This document shows positions 61,549-64,000 of a stretch of DNA of 64,000 nucleotides, in pieces. How positions within the stretch are numbered: position 1 is the first letter of the stretch; the number at the start of each line of letters is the position of its first letter. The notes under the pieces were generated by a model. That model did not search any database and was not told the origin of the DNA. It worked only from the letters and a program-made list of their open reading frames with translations. Source of the DNA: Octopus sinensis (taxonomy: Eukaryota); assembly GCF_006345805.1 (NCBI RefSeq), contig NC_043013.1, positions 12,338,001 through 12,402,000 on the forward strand, written 5' to 3'. The translations under genes were made by a program, and so were the position numbers.

Positions 61549-62307
61549 TTTTTTTTTTTAATATGTGTACACACACACAACACACACACACACACTCACA
61601 ATGTGTGTCTGTTTTTCTGTAACCAATGTTCTTGTGAATTCTTTATCTTTAAAAATTAGATTTTAGTCATGGCAAAGTGACAGACATATTGTATATCAGT
61701 CATCCCTTCATGAGAGCTTCATGTTCAACTCTTTAGTATCTATTTGCAGTATAGTATTTGATTTCATAAGGTACCAAGCAAGACCAATATCCAGTGTCAT
61801 TTTAACCAAGTGTTGAAAAGGGGCATACAATGCTTGAAATGTCGACATTTCAGAATCAATTTTCATACAGTTTTCATAGTACATTACTTTGTACAATAAA
61901 TAAGTATTGTTTCACACTTTAATATCTATTAGCTGTTTAGTATTTCACATTAAACAAGGCCAAGAAGGACTAATATCTGATGTCATACATATGAGACTTA
62001 AGTCTTGAAAATGGGTGTTCAATGTTTGAACTGTCAACAATTCAGAAAGTTTTTGTACAATGTTAGTGGTACTTTACATTGTACAATAAGTATGGATCCC
62101 TCTCTCTCTCTCTCTCTCTCTCTCTCCACACACACACACATACATACATACACATTAAACTAAATACTTTTGGTATGTTTAAAAGTCTATATCTATTTTG
62201 GAGGAAAGGATGGTATACATATGAAGTCGTGCTTATTTGCAAATGATGGCTACTGTGTGTGTGTGTGTGTTGTGTGTATTATGTGTACATCCACCTACAT
62301 TTCTAAC

Positions 62308-62371
<64 letters not shown>

Positions 62372-62373
<2 letters not shown>

Positions 62374-62790
62374 CATAGGAGTGGCTGTGTGGTAAGTAGC
62401 TGGCATAGGAGTGGCTGTGTGGTAAGTAGCTTACTTACCAAGCACATGGTTCCGGGTTCAGTCCCACTGCGTGGCACCTTCAGCAGGTGTCTTCTACTAT
62501 AGCCTCGGGCCGACCAAAGCCTTGTGAGTGGATTTGGTAGACGGAAACTGAAAGAAGCCCATCGTATGTGTGTATATGTATGTGTGTGTATATGTTTGTG
62601 TGTCTGTGTTTGTCCCCCCCAACATCGCTTGACAACCAATGCTGGTGTGTTTACATCCCCGTAACTTAGCGGTTCGGCAAAAGAGACCAATAGAATAAGT
62701 ACTAGGCTTACAAAGAATAAGTCTTGGGGTTGGTTTTCTTGACTAAAGGTTTTGCTCCATCAGGGCGACAGTCAAATTACTGAAACAAGT
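62372..62790 (+). mobile_element. SINE A with a perfect 30-bp duplication of its 5' end
   Basis: GGCATAGGAGTGGCTGTGTGGTAAGTAGCT occurs twice (62372-62431). Confidence 0.9.
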
Positions 62791-62807
62791 AATATATCTT
62801 TGAAATA

Positions 62808-62869
<62 letters not shown>

Positions 62870-63342
62870 CATATACATGTATATGTGTGTGTGATCTCTT
62901 ATTCACTTTTTTGTTTTTGTTTTTTTCACTATGTGTTAGTGGTTCTAGTGCTAATGTTGTGTTGTTTACTGATATTGGTGGTGGTGCTGCTTATTGCAAT
63001 ATCGTCACTGACCAATCAGGTGGCTCGTTTTAGTTTACATCCATGACACCTTCCTCCTAGATAGGTACCCCGACATTTCATTGGCTCTGGAGTCTCTTCT
63101 TTTTCTCCCCCCCCCCTTCTCTTTCTGCCCCCCCCCTCCTTCTCTTTCTGCCCCCCCTCTCTCTCTCTTTCCCTCATCTGCCTGTAAACCTGAAGACAAA
63201 GAACAACCATCTGTTCAATGAAATTCCAAACTGCCTGTTGATAGAATTCTTGCTATACTTCTACCATTTGCTATCCACCATCACCAACATCACCACTTCC
63301 AAAACAACCACATAAAAGATACATAAATACATATACACATTC

Positions 63343-63379
<37 letters not shown>

Positions 63380-64000
63380 TCTATATATACATTCATATAT
63401 ATATATATATATATATATAGTGCCTGTGGGTTATGGTTTCACTAATGCGGTGGATAGTCTTTCAGAACTACATCAACATTTGCTTTACCTCATCCCATCT
63501 ATAAAAACATCTGGAACAGTTCATATCTCTTTCTCACTCTCGCTCTCTCTCTCTCTCTTTTTTTTATGCACACACACACACATTCACACCCATACATACA
63601 TACACTCACTCACACACGTACAGATACACATTCTTACATGCACTTATACACACATGCATACACATCCTCTTTAGAAATCATGAAGTCTTGTCCAGCTGAT
63701 AAACACCATTGCTGCTCTGTCTACCCCACCGTCCCCCTCTTTCTCTCTGTCTTTTTCTCTCTTCCTCTCTCACCTCCTCCCACTCTGTCTCCTATATTCC
63801 ATCGCCTCCTCTGTGTTTTTTTTTTATTATTCTAGTAGTGCCATACCAAAATATTTGGCTCAATCCAACTCCTCCACTGCCTCATGGCTCAGCACAACCC
63901 ACCTTGTGTTGTTGTTGCTGTTGTTGTTCTTGCTGTTGCTTATGTTGTTGTTGTTGTTGTTGTTACTGTTATCTTATTCTCTCTTTCCAAATTCTGAACA

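Overview
This is eukaryotic, AT-rich, repeat-saturated DNA with one 100-N assembly gap (16250-16349). The SINE families match what I recall of Octopus genomes, but the organism is an inference. No protein-coding gene, tRNA, rRNA or CRISPR array can be identified with confidence. Nearly all ORFs in the supplied track are translations of microsatellites. The recognisable coding relics are transposon-derived: an R4/Dong-clade restriction-like endonuclease C-terminus (829-1071), a broken piggyBac transposase (32898-33372), a probable RTE-like LINE 3' end (about 28.5 kb) and a probable Penelope-like (PLE) GIY-YIG C-terminus (about 14.9 kb). About 30 tRNA-derived SINE copies or fragments are present; the family letters A, B, C, D, E/F, G and H are my working labels. 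The main discovery is a set of short (about 200 bp) elements in or next to (TA)n tracts, each carrying a minimal type-I hammerhead ribozyme. Five foldable copies lie at 11.1, 20.6, 21.2, 45.2 and 56.1 kb, and a decayed one at 15.1 kb. They show stem-I covariation, palindromic stem III and recurrent non-canonical catalytic cores (CCGANGA, CTGTAGA). A related family with an atypical double-core motif occurs as a long direct-repeat pair and as fold-backs. A few unique islands carry candidate small exons and RFX/TALE/NF-Y motifs; these are low confidence.
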